A stretch of DNA of 61,738 nt, counting the filler. It is 3 parts of 3 records of this genome, joined end to end, with 100 filler letters (N's around TTAATTAATTAA, not from the genome) between each part and the next. Parts side by side here need not be neighbours in the genome. Positions count along the whole stretch, not along the records: positions 21,610 to 40,635 come from SRR20825006_2937; 2 more parts are not named here. The stretch is one strand, 5' to 3'. A model generated the notes under the pieces. The model saw only the letters and a program-made list of their open reading frames with translations. It searched no databases and was not told the DNA's origin. A program made the position numbers and the translations under genes. How positions within the stretch are numbered: position 1 is the stretch's first letter; every line of letters begins with the position of its first letter. Below, piece by piece: positions 27,189-37,677 of the stretch.

Positions 27189-30100
27189 GTGAAAAACTAT
27201 TTGACAACTTTCAAAAAGCTATTTTTCCCTTTACTGCTAACACTTTTTAGTGTAAGTATGTACGCTAACAAAGGGGATCTGATTAAAGAACAATCGGAAG
27301 ATCAAGAACAAGTAACCGGAACTGTAATAGACGCAGAAACCGGAACTCCTATTCCAGGAGCAACTGTAATTGAAAAAGGCAGTACAAACGGTACTACTAC
27401 AGATTTTGATGGAAATTATTCTATCTCGGTAAGTAGTGATGCTGTCTTGTCTTTTTCTTACATAGGGTTTCAAACCCAAGAAATTCCTGTAAACGGACAA
27501 ACAGAAGTCAATGCAACTCTTTCTCAAGATGTCACCGCTCTTGATGAAATTGTAGTTGTAGGTTACGGTACGCAACGTAAGCAAGACTTAACGGGAGCTA
27601 TTTCTGTAGTTAAAACAGATGAATTAGTACAACAGCCTAGTGCTGAAGTTACCAATCAGCTTCAAGGTAGAGTTTCTGGGGTTACCATTACTGGAGGTGG
27701 ACAACCAGGAGAAGCTCCTCAAGTAAAAATACGTGGCGCTAATACGTTTGGAAACAATACTCCTCTATATGTAGTAGATGGTATTCCTACAGACGGAATT
27801 GGAGATTTAAATCCAAATGATGTAGAAACAATGCAAGTATTAAAAGATGCTGCTTCTGCTTCTATTTATGGTTCTAGAGCTGCTAATGGAGTTATCATTA
27901 TTACCACTAAAAAAGGAAAAGGTAAAATGAAAATCTCTTACGATACTTATTATGGAATGCAATTGGTACAAAGCGGAAATCCATGGAATATTTTAGATTC
28001 TCAGGAAATGGCCGACTTAAATTGGATAGCACAACGTAATACAAATCCAGGGACAGCGCCTTCAAGTTCTCAATACGGGAACGGTGCAAATCCTGTTTTA
28101 CCTAACTACATAGCCCCTGTGGGAGCTAATACAGTTAACGAGGCACTTTACAACGTAAATCCAGAATACACCAACCCAAGTGACATTGATAATTTCTATA
28201 GAATTGTAAAGGCTAATAAGCAAGGGACTAATTGGTTTCAAGAAATATTTAGTCCTGCAAGTATTCAAAGTCATAACTTATCGGTTAGTAATGGAACCGA
28301 AAAAGGAAGCTATATGTTTTCTTTAAATTATTTTGATCAAGAAGGTACTTTAGAAAACACCTATTTGAAGCGTTATACTATCCGTGCTAATTCTTCTTAC
28401 AATATTGGAGAGAATATTAGAATTGGAGAAAACATGAGTTTCACTATTAGAGATAATCCACAAATTGATGCACTTACAGAAGGAAGCGCTATTGGAATGG
28501 CCTTTAGAAATCAACCTATTATTCCTGTTCACGACATCATGGGAAATTATGCTGGTTCTTTTGGAAGTGGATTAGGAAATGCTAAAAACCCAGTTGCTAT
28601 TCAAGATAGATTACGTAACAATAGAGGGGTTTCTTCTAGAGTATTTGGAAATATTTTTGCTGAAATAGACTTTTTAGATCATTTCACTTTCAGAACTAGT
28701 TTTGGAGGACAATATTATTCCAATACCTTTAATTCCTTCCAGTTTCCTGAATATGAAAATTCTGAAAACTTATCTGTAAACCAGTATACTGAAGCAGCAG
28801 CTACGAACTTTAATTGGACATGGACAAATACCGTTAAATACCAAAATAGTTTTAATGATGTTCATAACCTAACCGTTCTTCTTGGTACAGAAGCGTACCA
28901 AAACAAAGGACGAGAAGTTGGAGGAACTACACAAAGCTATTTCTCTTTTGATCCAGATTATGTAACCTTAGACACGGGTTCTGGAACTCAAACAAATTAC
29001 AGTTTTAAATATGCTGATGCACTTTCTTCTGTGTTTGGTAGACTTGATTATAATTATGACGACAGATATTTAGTAAGTGCTACTGTAAGACGTGATGGTT
29101 CTTCTAGATTTTTGAATGAACAATTTGGATGGTTTCCTGCATTTAGTGCGGGGTGGAATGTAACAAACGAAAGTTTTTTTCCAGAAACAAATTGGTTAAA
29201 TGATTTAAAAATAAGAGGTGGATATGGAGTTATGGGGAATCAATTAAACGTAGATCCAGCCAATGCATTTACAACATTTGGAGGTAACAACAGAACTTCT
29301 TTCTATGCAATTGGAGGCGGAAATTCTTCCATCTCTGAAGGATTCCAACAAACAAGAATAGGAAATCCTGATGCAAAATGGGAAAAAAATATCAATTCAA
29401 ACATCGGTATTGACTTATCTCTTTTTAATAGTACAGTGCAGTTAACTGCAGATTATTATAGAAAAGATATTGAAGACCTTTTATTCAATCCTAACTTACC
29501 TGCAACTGTTGGTACAGCAACTGTTCCTTATGTAAACATTGCAGAAATGACAAATAGTGGATTTGATATGGATTTATCAACCTATTTTAAATTAGGAAAA
29601 GATTTAAGATTAAACACCACTTTAACTCTTACAACTTACGATAATGAAATTGTTAAAGTTGCAGATGGTTTCCAGTATTTTGACTTAGAAGGAAGACGTT
29701 TTAATGGTAGTTCTATTATTAGAAATGCGGAAGGCAATTCAGTAAGTCAGTTCTTTGGATATCAAGTTGACGGCTTTTGGGATTCTCAAGATGAAATTGA
29801 TCAAGCAAATGCCGATGCAATTGCAGCTACAGGAAACTCAAATGCCACCTATCAAAACGACGTAGCCGTTGGTAGATTTAGATACCAAGATATTAATGGA
29901 GATAATATTATTGACGATCAGGATAGAACATTTTTAGGAAATCCAAATCCAGATTTCACCTACGGGATAAATATTGAACTTATCTATAAAAATCTAGATT
30001 TTAGTATGTTTTTATATGGATCTCAAGGAAACGATATCTGGAACAATGTTCGTTGGTGGACCGATTTCTACAGTTCTTTCCAAGGAGCAAAAAGTCATAC

Positions 30101-30449
30101 TGCCTTATACGACTCTTGGACTCCACAAAACACAAATGCTTCTGCTCCTATCCAGGAAACTACAGGTTCGTTTAGTACTGCTAATGTTCCTAATTCTTAT
30201 TTTGTGGAAGATGGTTCTTATTTAAGAGCACGACAAATACAATTAGGATATACGCTACCAAGCTCTTTATTAGATAAAATTAATATCACAAAATTAAGGT
30301 TATACGCCCAAATGGTAAATGCATTTACTATTACTTCATATTCTGGTTTAGATCCAGAAATCTCTGGAGACACTGTTAATTTTGGTATTGACGAAGGAGC
30401 ATACCCTAATCAAAGACAAATTTTATTAGGACTTAATGTAATATTTTAA
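27189..30449 (+). CDS. SusC/RagA family TonB-dependent transporter
   Basis: Carboxypeptidase-regulatory-like N-terminus, LDEIVVVGYG, PLYVVDG, VLKDAASASIYGSRAANGVIIITTK, C-terminal F. Confidence 0.96.
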   Translation: MKNYLTTFKKLFFPLLLTLFSVSMYANKGDLIKEQSEDQEQVTGTVIDAETGTPIPGATVIEKGSTNGTTTDFDGNYSISVSSDAVLSFSYIGFQTQEIPVNGQTEVNATLSQDVTALDEIVVVGYGTQRKQDLTGAISVVKTDELVQQPSAEVTNQLQGRVSGVTITGGGQPGEAPQVKIRGANTFGNNTPLYVVDGIPTDGIGDLNPNDVETMQVLKDAASASIYGSRAANGVIIITTKKGKGKMKISYDTYYGMQLVQSGNPWNILDSQEMADLNWIAQRNTNPGTAPSSSQYGNGANPVLPNYIAPVGANTVNEALYNVNPEYTNPSDIDNFYRIVKANKQGTNWFQEIFSPASIQSHNLSVSNGTEKGSYMFSLNYFDQEGTLENTYLKRYTIRANSSYNIGENIRIGENMSFTIRDNPQIDALTEGSAIGMAFRNQPIIPVHDIMGNYAGSFGSGLGNAKNPVAIQDRLRNNRGVSSRVFGNIFAEIDFLDHFTFRTSFGGQYYSNTFNSFQFPEYENSENLSVNQYTEAAATNFNWTWTNTVKYQNSFNDVHNLTVLLGTEAYQNKGREVGGTTQSYFSFDPDYVTLDTGSGTQTNYSFKYADALSSVFGRLDYNYDDRYLVSATVRRDGSSRFLNEQFGWFPAFSAGWNVTNESFFPETNWLNDLKIRGGYGVMGNQLNVDPANAFTTFGGNNRTSFYAIGGGNSSISEGFQQTRIGNPDAKWEKNINSNIGIDLSLFNSTVQLTADYYRKDIEDLLFNPNLPATVGTATVPYVNIAEMTNSGFDMDLSTYFKLGKDLRLNTTLTLTTYDNEIVKVADGFQYFDLEGRRFNGSSIIRNAEGNSVSQFFGYQVDGFWDSQDEIDQANADAIAATGNSNATYQNDVAVGRFRYQDINGDNIIDDQDRTFLGNPNPDFTYGINIELIYKNLDFSMFLYGSQGNDIWNNVRWWTDFYSSFQGAKSHTALYDSWTPQNTNASAPIQETTGSFSTANVPNSYFVEDGSYLRARQIQLGYTLPSSLLDKINITKLRLYAQMVNAFTITSYSGLDPEISGDTVNFGIDEGAYPNQRQILLGLNVIF

Positions 30450-30451
30450 TC

Positions 30452-32263
30452 ATGAACCGAAATAATATAAAACATATGAAAATTATAAAACAAATAGGAA
30501 GTTTATATGTACCTATTTTAACTCTAATACTTTTATTTGCCTCTTGTGCTGATAGCTTTTTAGAGCAACCAGCATTAGGTGCATTGAGTGAAGATGTAGT
30601 AGCAAACCAAGATGGAGTTGAAAAACTTCTTATTGGAGCTTATGGTGCATTAGATGGTCAAGGAGATGATTCTGCTCTTGGGGGGGGTAACCCTTGGGAA
30701 TCTGCTCCAGACAACTGGATTTACGGAGCTGTAGCTGGAGGAACTGCTAGCAAAGGAAGTTTTGGAGGAGATCAGCCTGCAATAGATCCAATTGCTAAAT
30801 TTACAACAGATCCTTCCAATGGTTTTTTTAATACTAAATGGAAAGCTTTATATGAAGGAGTTGCTAGATGTAACAATACACTAAGTATATTAGAAAAAGC
30901 AGAAGATGTTTCTGAAGCTGATAGAAAAAGTATTGCTGGTCAGGCACGTTTTTTAAGAGGTCACTATTATTTTGAGCTAAAGAAAATGTTTAATATGGTT
31001 CCTTGGATTGATGAGACCACCGAAACTCCAAAGCAGCCAAACGATCAAGATATCTGGCCGATGATTGAAGCAGATTTTCAATATGCTTATGATAATCTAG
31101 CGCCTACGCAAGGTGAGTTTGCTAGAGCAAATAAGTGGGCTGCTGCGGCATATTTAGGAAAAACATATTTATATCAACAAAAATTTGGAGAAGCTAAAAC
31201 AATTTTTACTGATGTAATTAATATGGGTGTAAATTCTGCTGGTGAAAAATATGACTTAGTAGCTAACTTTAAAGATAACTTTGACGCTGCCACCGAAAAC
31301 AATGCAGAAACTGTATTTGATATTCAAATGGTTGCTAATGATGGTACTGGATTAATTACAAACTCTAATCAAGGGGGGAAGTTAAATTTCCCATATAACA
31401 GCCCGTTTAGATGTTGTGGCTTTTTACAGCCAACACAAGATTTGGTTAATTCCTATAAAACTGATGAGACTACAGGTCTTCCAGATTTAGATAGCTACAA
31501 TCAAGATCCTGTTAAAAACGATATGGGTATTTCTGCTGATGCTTCTTTTACTCCATATACAGGTTCTTTAGATCCTAGAGTAGACTGGACAGCTGGTCGT
31601 AGAGGTGTTCCTTTCCACGATTGGGGCTATCATCCTGGCGCTGCTTGGGTTAGAGATCAAGCTTACGGAGGTCCATATGCTCCTAAAAAGAATATTTATT
31701 GGCAAGCAACTCAAGATCAATATGCGGATCAAAGCTCTTGGGCACCTGGTACTGCTATAAATGTACATATTATCCGTTTTGCAGATGTATTACTAATGGC
31801 TGCCGAGGCAGAAGCACAAGCAGGAAGCCTGCCTGTAGCTATGGAATACGTTAATCGTGTGAGAAGAAGAGCTGCTAATCCAGATGGATTCTTAAAAGAT
31901 TATATAGACCCTAGTGATCCACTAGCTGGTTTTGACGAAAGCACTAATGCTGCTAATTATAATATTAGCGAATATACAACTGCTCAATTTGGAAGTAAAG
32001 AAGATGCTTTAAAAGCTATTTATTTTGAAAGAAAATTAGAATTAGCCATGGAAGGACATCGTTTCTTTGATTTAGTACGCTGGGGTATTGCTGAACAAAC
32101 TTTAAATGCATATTTTGCTTATCAAGGTAGCATTACAACCGACGTAAGAGGTGGAAAGTTTATTCCTGGAAGAAGCGAATACTATCCTATTCCTCAAGCG
32201 CAAATTGATTTAAGTGTTGATGAAAGCGGACAACCAACATTAACGCAGAATCCTGGATATTAA
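30452..32263 (+). CDS. SusD/RagB family lipoprotein
   Basis: Lipobox LFASC, ARFLRGHYYF, RFADVLLMAAEA, ERKLELAMEGHRFFDLVRWG, QNPGY end; start may be ATG 30476. Confidence 0.96.
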   Translation: MNRNNIKHMKIIKQIGSLYVPILTLILLFASCADSFLEQPALGALSEDVVANQDGVEKLLIGAYGALDGQGDDSALGGGNPWESAPDNWIYGAVAGGTASKGSFGGDQPAIDPIAKFTTDPSNGFFNTKWKALYEGVARCNNTLSILEKAEDVSEADRKSIAGQARFLRGHYYFELKKMFNMVPWIDETTETPKQPNDQDIWPMIEADFQYAYDNLAPTQGEFARANKWAAAAYLGKTYLYQQKFGEAKTIFTDVINMGVNSAGEKYDLVANFKDNFDAATENNAETVFDIQMVANDGTGLITNSNQGGKLNFPYNSPFRCCGFLQPTQDLVNSYKTDETTGLPDLDSYNQDPVKNDMGISADASFTPYTGSLDPRVDWTAGRRGVPFHDWGYHPGAAWVRDQAYGGPYAPKKNIYWQATQDQYADQSSWAPGTAINVHIIRFADVLLMAAEAEAQAGSLPVAMEYVNRVRRRAANPDGFLKDYIDPSDPLAGFDESTNAANYNISEYTTAQFGSKEDALKAIYFERKLELAMEGHRFFDLVRWGIAEQTLNAYFAYQGSITTDVRGGKFIPGRSEYYPIPQAQIDLSVDESGQPTLTQNPGY

Positions 32264-32286
32264 TAGTTAATATGCTGTAGATAATT

Positions 32287-32315
32287 TAAAGCCTCCTAGA
32301 ACATAGGAGGCTTTA
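32287..32315. terminator. Bidirectional terminator
   Basis: TAAAGCCTCCTA-GAACA-TAGGAGGCTTTA between convergent genes. Confidence 0.85.
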
Positions 32316-32316
32316 T

Positions 32317-33669
32317 TTATTTTACATAGACAGTTTTTATATTTACAAACTCCTTAATACCAAAACTACTTAGCTCTCTCCCAAAACCAGAAGTTTTAAT
32401 GCCTCCAAAAGGTAACCTCGGGTCAGATTTTACAAGTTCGTTTATAAATACTGCACCTTCTTCAAACTTAGAAACGTTTTCCAATACTTTATTAATGTTT
32501 TTTGAAAATATGGAAACTCCTAAACCAAATTCAGAATTATTGGAAATTTCTATAGCTTCTTCAAATGTTTTAAATGTTTTCACAGCAATTACTGGTCCAA
32601 AAGTCTCTTCTTTAAAAACTGGCATTTCATCTGTAACATCTGTAATAATTGTTGGAGCATAATAAGCTCCCTTACGTTCTCCTCCTAATAAAAGCTTCGC
32701 TCCCATTTTTACTGAGTCATTAACTTGTTTTTCTATATCTTTTGCCAAGCCTTCTCTTGCTAATACTCCTATATAAGTATCTCCTTCTAAAGGATTTCCA
32801 CTCTTAAGTTTTTTTACTTTCTCTACATATTTTTCTAAATAAGCTTCTGCAATATCCTCTTGTAATAATAATCGTTTTGCCGCAATACAACTCTGACCAG
32901 TGTTTTGATAGCGTGCATTTACTCCTACATCTACTGCTTTTTCTAAATCTGCATCATCTAAAACAATAAAAGCATTATTTCCACCAAGTTCTAGTACTGC
33001 TTTTTTAATTTCTTGAGCTGCAACACCAGCAACAGCACTCCCTGCTGGTTTACTCCCAGTTAAGGTTACTGCTTTAACCTTTTTATTTTTAATTACAGAT
33101 TCTACTTTATCGCTCCCAATAACTAAATTCTGAAACAATCCTTTAGGAAACCCTGCTTCTTCAAATACTTCTTGAATATTATTTGCACTTTTCATTACTG
33201 ATGAAGCATGCTTTAATACCCCTGCATTTCCAGCCATTAATGCTGGAGCTGCAAATCTAAACACTTGCCAAAAAGGGTAATTCCATGGCATTACAGCCAA
33301 TACAACTCCTAAAGAATTATAAGAAACATAACTTTTTTGGGCATCTGTTTCAATAAACTCATCCTTTAAAAAACTTGCTGCATTTTCTGCATAATACTCA
33401 CATACCCACGCACATTTTTCTACCTCAGCAATAGCCTGTGTTATAGGCTTTCCCATTTCCTTTGAAATTACTTCACCATATACTTTTTTTCTCTTTTTTA
33501 ATACCTCTGCAGCTTTCGTCATTAATTTAGCTCGCTCCCTAAAAGATGTTTTTTTCCACTCTTTCTGAACTAAATCTGCTTCATCAATCTTTTCTGAAAT
33601 TTCTTTTGTTGACAAAGGGGTAAAACTATATATCTTTTCTCCTGTATAAGGATTTATAGAGTGAATCAT
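32317..33669 (-). CDS. NAD(P)-dependent succinate-semialdehyde dehydrogenase (Sad/GabD1 type ALDH)
   Basis: MPWNYPFWQVFR, LELGG, GQSCIAAKR, EETFGPV, PFGGIK.SGFGRE. Confidence 0.92.
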   Translation of the reverse strand: MIHSINPYTGEKIYSFTPLSTKEISEKIDEADLVQKEWKKTSFRERAKLMTKAAEVLKKRKKVYGEVISKEMGKPITQAIAEVEKCAWVCEYYAENAASFLKDEFIETDAQKSYVSYNSLGVVLAVMPWNYPFWQVFRFAAPALMAGNAGVLKHASSVMKSANNIQEVFEEAGFPKGLFQNLVIGSDKVESVIKNKKVKAVTLTGSKPAGSAVAGVAAQEIKKAVLELGGNNAFIVLDDADLEKAVDVGVNARYQNTGQSCIAAKRLLLQEDIAEAYLEKYVEKVKKLKSGNPLEGDTYIGVLAREGLAKDIEKQVNDSVKMGAKLLLGGERKGAYYAPTIITDVTDEMPVFKEETFGPVIAVKTFKTFEEAIEISNNSEFGLGVSIFSKNINKVLENVSKFEEGAVFINELVKSDPRLPFGGIKTSGFGRELSSFGIKEFVNIKTVYVK

Positions 33670-33859
33670 AACTTATATTTTTCAATAACCAATTTTTAAC
33701 ACTTCAAAACTTACGCTGAAGCAGTACACTAATTTACCATTTTGCATTTCTTTCTCTTCTTAAAAGAATGTTATTTGTTTATAACATCGTTGAAAACTAT
33801 CTAACGCTATCAATTTTAAGCGCTTTAATAATTTATACCTTTAGTAAAACTTCACAATT

Positions 33860-34267
33860 ATGGACACTAGAACATCGGATTTACTAAGTGTACGTCCAGA
33901 AATTCCATCAGCAATTATTTACGATTCAATGAGCAAAGACGAGCGTTTCCAAAACGTTACGCTACGACCCGTTATTAAATTGCAAAACGATTTATTATTA
34001 GAAGCTTTTAAGAATTATGCAAATAAGCACAAAGGTGTATTCTTCACTTTTTCGCTTGAAAAAAGGTTTCATTATATTGAAAACGCCATTCAGAAAGACA
34101 TTAAGTTTCGAAACTCCTTAAAAGGAATTATTATTGGTCAGTTTACAGTTGATGAATATCTTATTTATATTGAAAATTCTTCCGCATTAAATAAACGAAT
34201 GATGAATATTGTTGTGGAACGTTTGAAAGATCAAATTCAGCTTTTAGAAAACGAAGTATTGGTTTAG
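33860..34267 (+). CDS. Hypothetical protein
   Basis: 135-aa ORF divergent from the ALDH gene in AT-rich DNA; no catalytic motif recognised. Confidence 0.8.
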   Translation: MDTRTSDLLSVRPEIPSAIIYDSMSKDERFQNVTLRPVIKLQNDLLLEAFKNYANKHKGVFFTFSLEKRFHYIENAIQKDIKFRNSLKGIIIGQFTVDEYLIYIENSSALNKRMMNIVVERLKDQIQLLENEVLV

Positions 34268-34345
34268 TATATCATTGATTTTATACTAATTAAACAACTA
34301 AAAACTCTCTACAATAGTTGCAGAGGTTTGTAGCGGACTTAAAAC

Positions 34346-34370
34346 GTGTTTGTAACAAATTTACAAACAC
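34346..34370. repeat. Perfect 10-bp inverted repeat
   Basis: GTGTTTGTAA-CAAAT-TTACAAACAC in a 334-nt intergenic gap. Confidence 0.6.
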
Positions 34371-34601
34371 CTCTTTACCCCATATCATTCCATATCTGCA
34401 ACCCAACAATGGAGAGAATTATGCATTTGTAATATTTGCAGCTAAATTTTTAATACCTAAAAAGGGCTGTAATAAAATTGCAAAGTTTTAGACCATATTA
34501 GAGACCAATAAAAACTCAAAATAACTATTTTTTAAATAAATTTTAGAAAATAGAAGCTTATTATACGCTATTTTTACAATAGATATTAATGAATATAACT
34601 A

Positions 34602-35048
34602 ATGATTAAAGAACAATTATACCGTAAATGCTTAGACATTTTAAATGAAAGAATAGAACGCTATAGAACAGAAATAAATATAATTAAAGAGTCTGTAGAG
34701 AATGAAGACAAAACAAAAGGCGATGAGGATGAAGGAAGCAGCGGCAGTGGATATGGCAGTAATTTCACTAAAATATTAGAATATTTAGACGAAGCAAATA
34801 AGCTGAAATCAAAACTTAAACAAGTTGATATTTTTCAATCTAATGAAGTTGTCAAACAAGGGAGTTTAGTGGAATGCAGCAATGGAAATTTCTTTCTTTC
34901 TATTCCTTTAGGAAAAATTACCTTAGATAATACCACTTATTTTGCTATCTCTAAAGAAGCTCCTGTAGGTCAACTTTTAATAGATAAAAAAGTAGGAGAA
35001 TCTATAAGCTTTAACAATAACACATTTAAGATTATAAAGATTTATTAA
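34602..35048 (+). CDS. GreA/GreB-like protein (coiled coil plus GreA C-terminal-like domain)
   Basis: V..GSLV, FFLSI.LG, AIS.EAPVGQLL..KKVGE.I.F pattern. Confidence 0.75.
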   Translation: MIKEQLYRKCLDILNERIERYRTEINIIKESVENEDKTKGDEDEGSSGSGYGSNFTKILEYLDEANKLKSKLKQVDIFQSNEVVKQGSLVECSNGNFFLSIPLGKITLDNTTYFAISKEAPVGQLLIDKKVGESISFNNNTFKIIKIY

Positions 35049-35725
35049 TCTAATAACGAAACCCCATTTAAGTCGGTTGTTAAAACATCGCTCATATAAT
35101 CAAAAAATGGGCGAACTGTTTTAAAAGCTTCATCTATTTTATCAATAAAGTTAACATCCAATGCATCGTTATCTGTAAATTTTTTAATAACGATATACTG
35201 CTTTTTGCGTATTAAATCTATTGCTGGATGCTCTTTATCAAAACCTCTAGGAGCAGTTTTAAGCTCCTCTCCTTCTATGCTTCCAAATTGCTTTTTAAAA
35301 CTGTCCTCATTTAATATTTCTCGAATCTCTTGATCGTCCAACTCAAACTCTTTTCTAATTCTTTGTAAGTCTTCTTTTTCGGGAGCCCAAAATCCACATG
35401 CTAAAAAAGTATTCCCAGGTTCTATATGTAAATAATACCCGCCTCTTAAGCGTGGCTTCACTCTACTAAAAGACCCCGATAAATGCTCTTTATAAGGTTG
35501 TTTATTAGCCGAAAACCGAACATCTCTATATATTCTAAACATCTTTAAATCATCAATCTCATCATACATTCTCATTTTTATCATTAATTCTTGATAAAAT
35601 CCTTTCACCTTCTTTTCTTCAGCTTTAAACTCCTTTTTATGCTCATTAAACCATTCTCGGTTATTATTTTTTTTCAATTCATTTAAAAAATTATAGGTAG
35701 ATTTTGAAATGTGAGTATTGGACAT
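35045..35725 (-). CDS. DUF2461 family protein
   Basis: LKKNNNREWF, FRIYRDVRFS..K.PYK, GYYLHI.PG, LKTAPRGFDKEHP. Confidence 0.9.
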   Translation of the reverse strand: MSNTHISKSTYNFLNELKKNNNREWFNEHKKEFKAEEKKVKGFYQELMIKMRMYDEIDDLKMFRIYRDVRFSANKQPYKEHLSGSFSRVKPRLRGGYYLHIEPGNTFLACGFWAPEKEDLQRIRKEFELDDQEIREILNEDSFKKQFGSIEGEELKTAPRGFDKEHPAIDLIRKKQYIVIKKFTDNDALDVNFIDKIDEAFKTVRPFFDYMSDVLTTDLNGVSLLD

Positions 35726-35795
35726 ACGACTTAACTGTTTTGTGAAACTTCGATAAAGTTATACAAATAGAATGTGTTTAAGTAGTAATAATTCT

Positions 35796-35803
35796 TAATT
35801 TTG
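35796..35803 (+). promoter_or_regulatory. Bacteroidota -7 promoter element upstream of cysE
   Basis: TAATTTTG (TAnnTTTG) about 195 nt before ATG 35998. Confidence 0.5.
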
Positions 35804-35821
35804 AAATATCAATTAGAGAAG

Positions 35822-35971
35822 TTACTCTACCGAGTAATTAGAGAGTATTTAAAATGAATACCCGAAATTATAAAACAAACTCCCTCGAGCAAGCCTAAAT
35901 ATGGTTTGAAAGGGAAGATATAAATATTTCGATATAAGCGTCGAGGCATTAAAATCTCGATTATCGAGTAA
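35822..35971. repeat. Palindrome-rich intergenic element
   Basis: TTACTC-TACC-GAGTAA, CTCGAT-T-ATCGAG and five TCGA cores clustered in an AT-rich background. Confidence 0.5.
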
Positions 35972-35997
35972 CGCATATAAAATGTAAATTGCGAAAT

Positions 35998-36786
35998 ATG
36001 GGAACATCTATTATTGAAAGTATAAAAGAGCATAAACAACAACCAAATTTAAAATTTAGATTAAAAGAAACAGCCGAAAGATTTACAGATATCTTATTTT
36101 ATACGCTTTTTGACGCAGAAACTCCTGTGGAAGAAAACATGAAGAAGCTAGAAGATACCTTTGAAGAATTGGTAGATTTAGCATGTTGGGATGTTGAAAA
36201 GCCTTGCGCAAAATTGTGGGATAATTACATTAAAAAGCTTCCTTATATATTAGAATTACTAAATCTAGATGCTAAAGCATTTGTAGAAGATGACCCTGCA
36301 GCACTTTCTAAAGAAGAAGTTTATTTATGCTACCCAGGTTTTTATGCTATTGCAATATATAGATTAGCGCATGAACTTTATGCTGTTGGTTTTCCTTTAG
36401 TACCAAGACTCATGACGGAATATGCACATAGACTTACAGGGGTAGATATTAACCCTGGTGCGGAAATAGGAAAGTCTTTTTTTATAGACCATGCTACTGG
36501 GATTGTAATTGGAGAAACTGCTGTGATTAAAGACCATGTAAGAATTTACCAAGGTGTTACTTTAGGAGCATTGTATGTTGCTAAAAACCTACAAAACACA
36601 AAAAGACATCCTACAATAGAAAAAAACGTTACTATATATGCAAATGCAACTATTCTAGGAGGAAATACTGTTATTGGAGAAAATAGCATTATTGGAGGAA
36701 ATGTATGGTTAACAAAATCAATTCCCGCCAATTCTATAGTTTCTCACACTCCAGATATTAAAATAAAAACTGTTACTAATGAATAG
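35998..36786 (+). CDS. cysE: Serine O-acetyltransferase (EpsC/CysE type)
   Basis: DPAA, YPGFYAI..YRLAH, FFIDHATGIVIGET, KRHPTI hexapeptide region. Confidence 0.93.
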   Translation: MGTSIIESIKEHKQQPNLKFRLKETAERFTDILFYTLFDAETPVEENMKKLEDTFEELVDLACWDVEKPCAKLWDNYIKKLPYILELLNLDAKAFVEDDPAALSKEEVYLCYPGFYAIAIYRLAHELYAVGFPLVPRLMTEYAHRLTGVDINPGAEIGKSFFIDHATGIVIGETAVIKDHVRIYQGVTLGALYVAKNLQNTKRHPTIEKNVTIYANATILGGNTVIGENSIIGGNVWLTKSIPANSIVSHTPDIKIKTVTNE

Positions 36787-37666
36787 TACCTCAATATTAG
36801 ATCAAATAGGAAATACCCCTTTGGTAGAAGCCAAAGTATTAATAAAAAACCCAAACGTAAAACTACTTTTAAAATTAGAAGGCAATAATCCTGGTGGGAG
36901 TGTAAAAGACCGCCCCGCTTATAATATGATAAAAAGTGCTCTTGAAAGAGGCGATATCACAGAAAACACAAAGCTAATTGAAGCTACAAGTGGCAATACA
37001 GGAATTGCACTTGCCATGATTGCTAGTTTGTTTCATTTAGATTTAGAACTGGTAATGCCAGAAAACTCCACTAAGGAACGTGTCCAAACAATGCGTGCTT
37101 ATGGGGCAAAATTAACGCTAACTTCTTCTGAAGTTGGTATTGAGGGCGCTAGAGATTATGCCGAAAATAAGGTTAAGAATGAAGGTTACGTAATGCTTAA
37201 TCAGTTTGGAAATGACGATAATTGGAAAGCACATTATAAAACTACAGGGCCTGAAATCTGGCGTGATACCGATGGGAAAATCACCCATTTTGTGTCGTCC
37301 ATGGGGACTACAGGAACTATTATGGGAACTTCCTCTTATTTAAAAGAACAAAATCATCAAATACAAATTGTAGGTGTACAACCTACAGACGAAGCTAAAA
37401 TTCCAGGAATTAGAAAATGGCCAGAAGCTTACCTTCCAAAAATATTTAATCCAAAAAAAGTAGATCAAGTTATTGAAGTAAGTGAGGAAGAGGCTAGAAA
37501 TATGGCTAAAGAACTTGCAAAAAAAGAAGGGATTTTTGCTGGAATGAGTAGCGGAGGTGCCGTAGCTGCCGCATTAAAACTTGCTGAAACCATAGAAAAA
37601 GGGGTTATTGTTGCCATTATTTGCGACCGTGGGGATCGTTATTTATCGTCCGATTTATTTGATTAA
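36779..37666 (+). CDS. cysM: Cysteine synthase B
   Basis: GNNPGGSVKDRPA (PLP Lys), TSGNTG, SSMGTTGT, IPGIRKWPEAYLPKIF, CDRGDRYLS. Confidence 0.93.
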   Translation: MNSTSILDQIGNTPLVEAKVLIKNPNVKLLLKLEGNNPGGSVKDRPAYNMIKSALERGDITENTKLIEATSGNTGIALAMIASLFHLDLELVMPENSTKERVQTMRAYGAKLTLTSSEVGIEGARDYAENKVKNEGYVMLNQFGNDDNWKAHYKTTGPEIWRDTDGKITHFVSSMGTTGTIMGTSSYLKEQNHQIQIVGVQPTDEAKIPGIRKWPEAYLPKIFNPKKVDQVIEVSEEEARNMAKELAKKEGIFAGMSSGGAVAAALKLAETIEKGVIVAIICDRGDRYLSSDLFD

Positions 37667-37677
37667 TCTCTTAGCTT

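Noticed and set aside
34321-34340. tRNA 3'-end remnant (TCCGCTACA on the minus strand) as an integration site
   Set aside because: The match is too short, with no T-arm and no integrase nearby
35810-35997. SAM riboswitch in the cysE leader
   Set aside because: I could not find the conserved SAM-I or SAM-II core sequences by eye
35827-36042. 71-aa minus-strand ORF upstream of cysE
   Set aside because: It overlaps the cysE start in antisense and spans the palindromic element; no coding features
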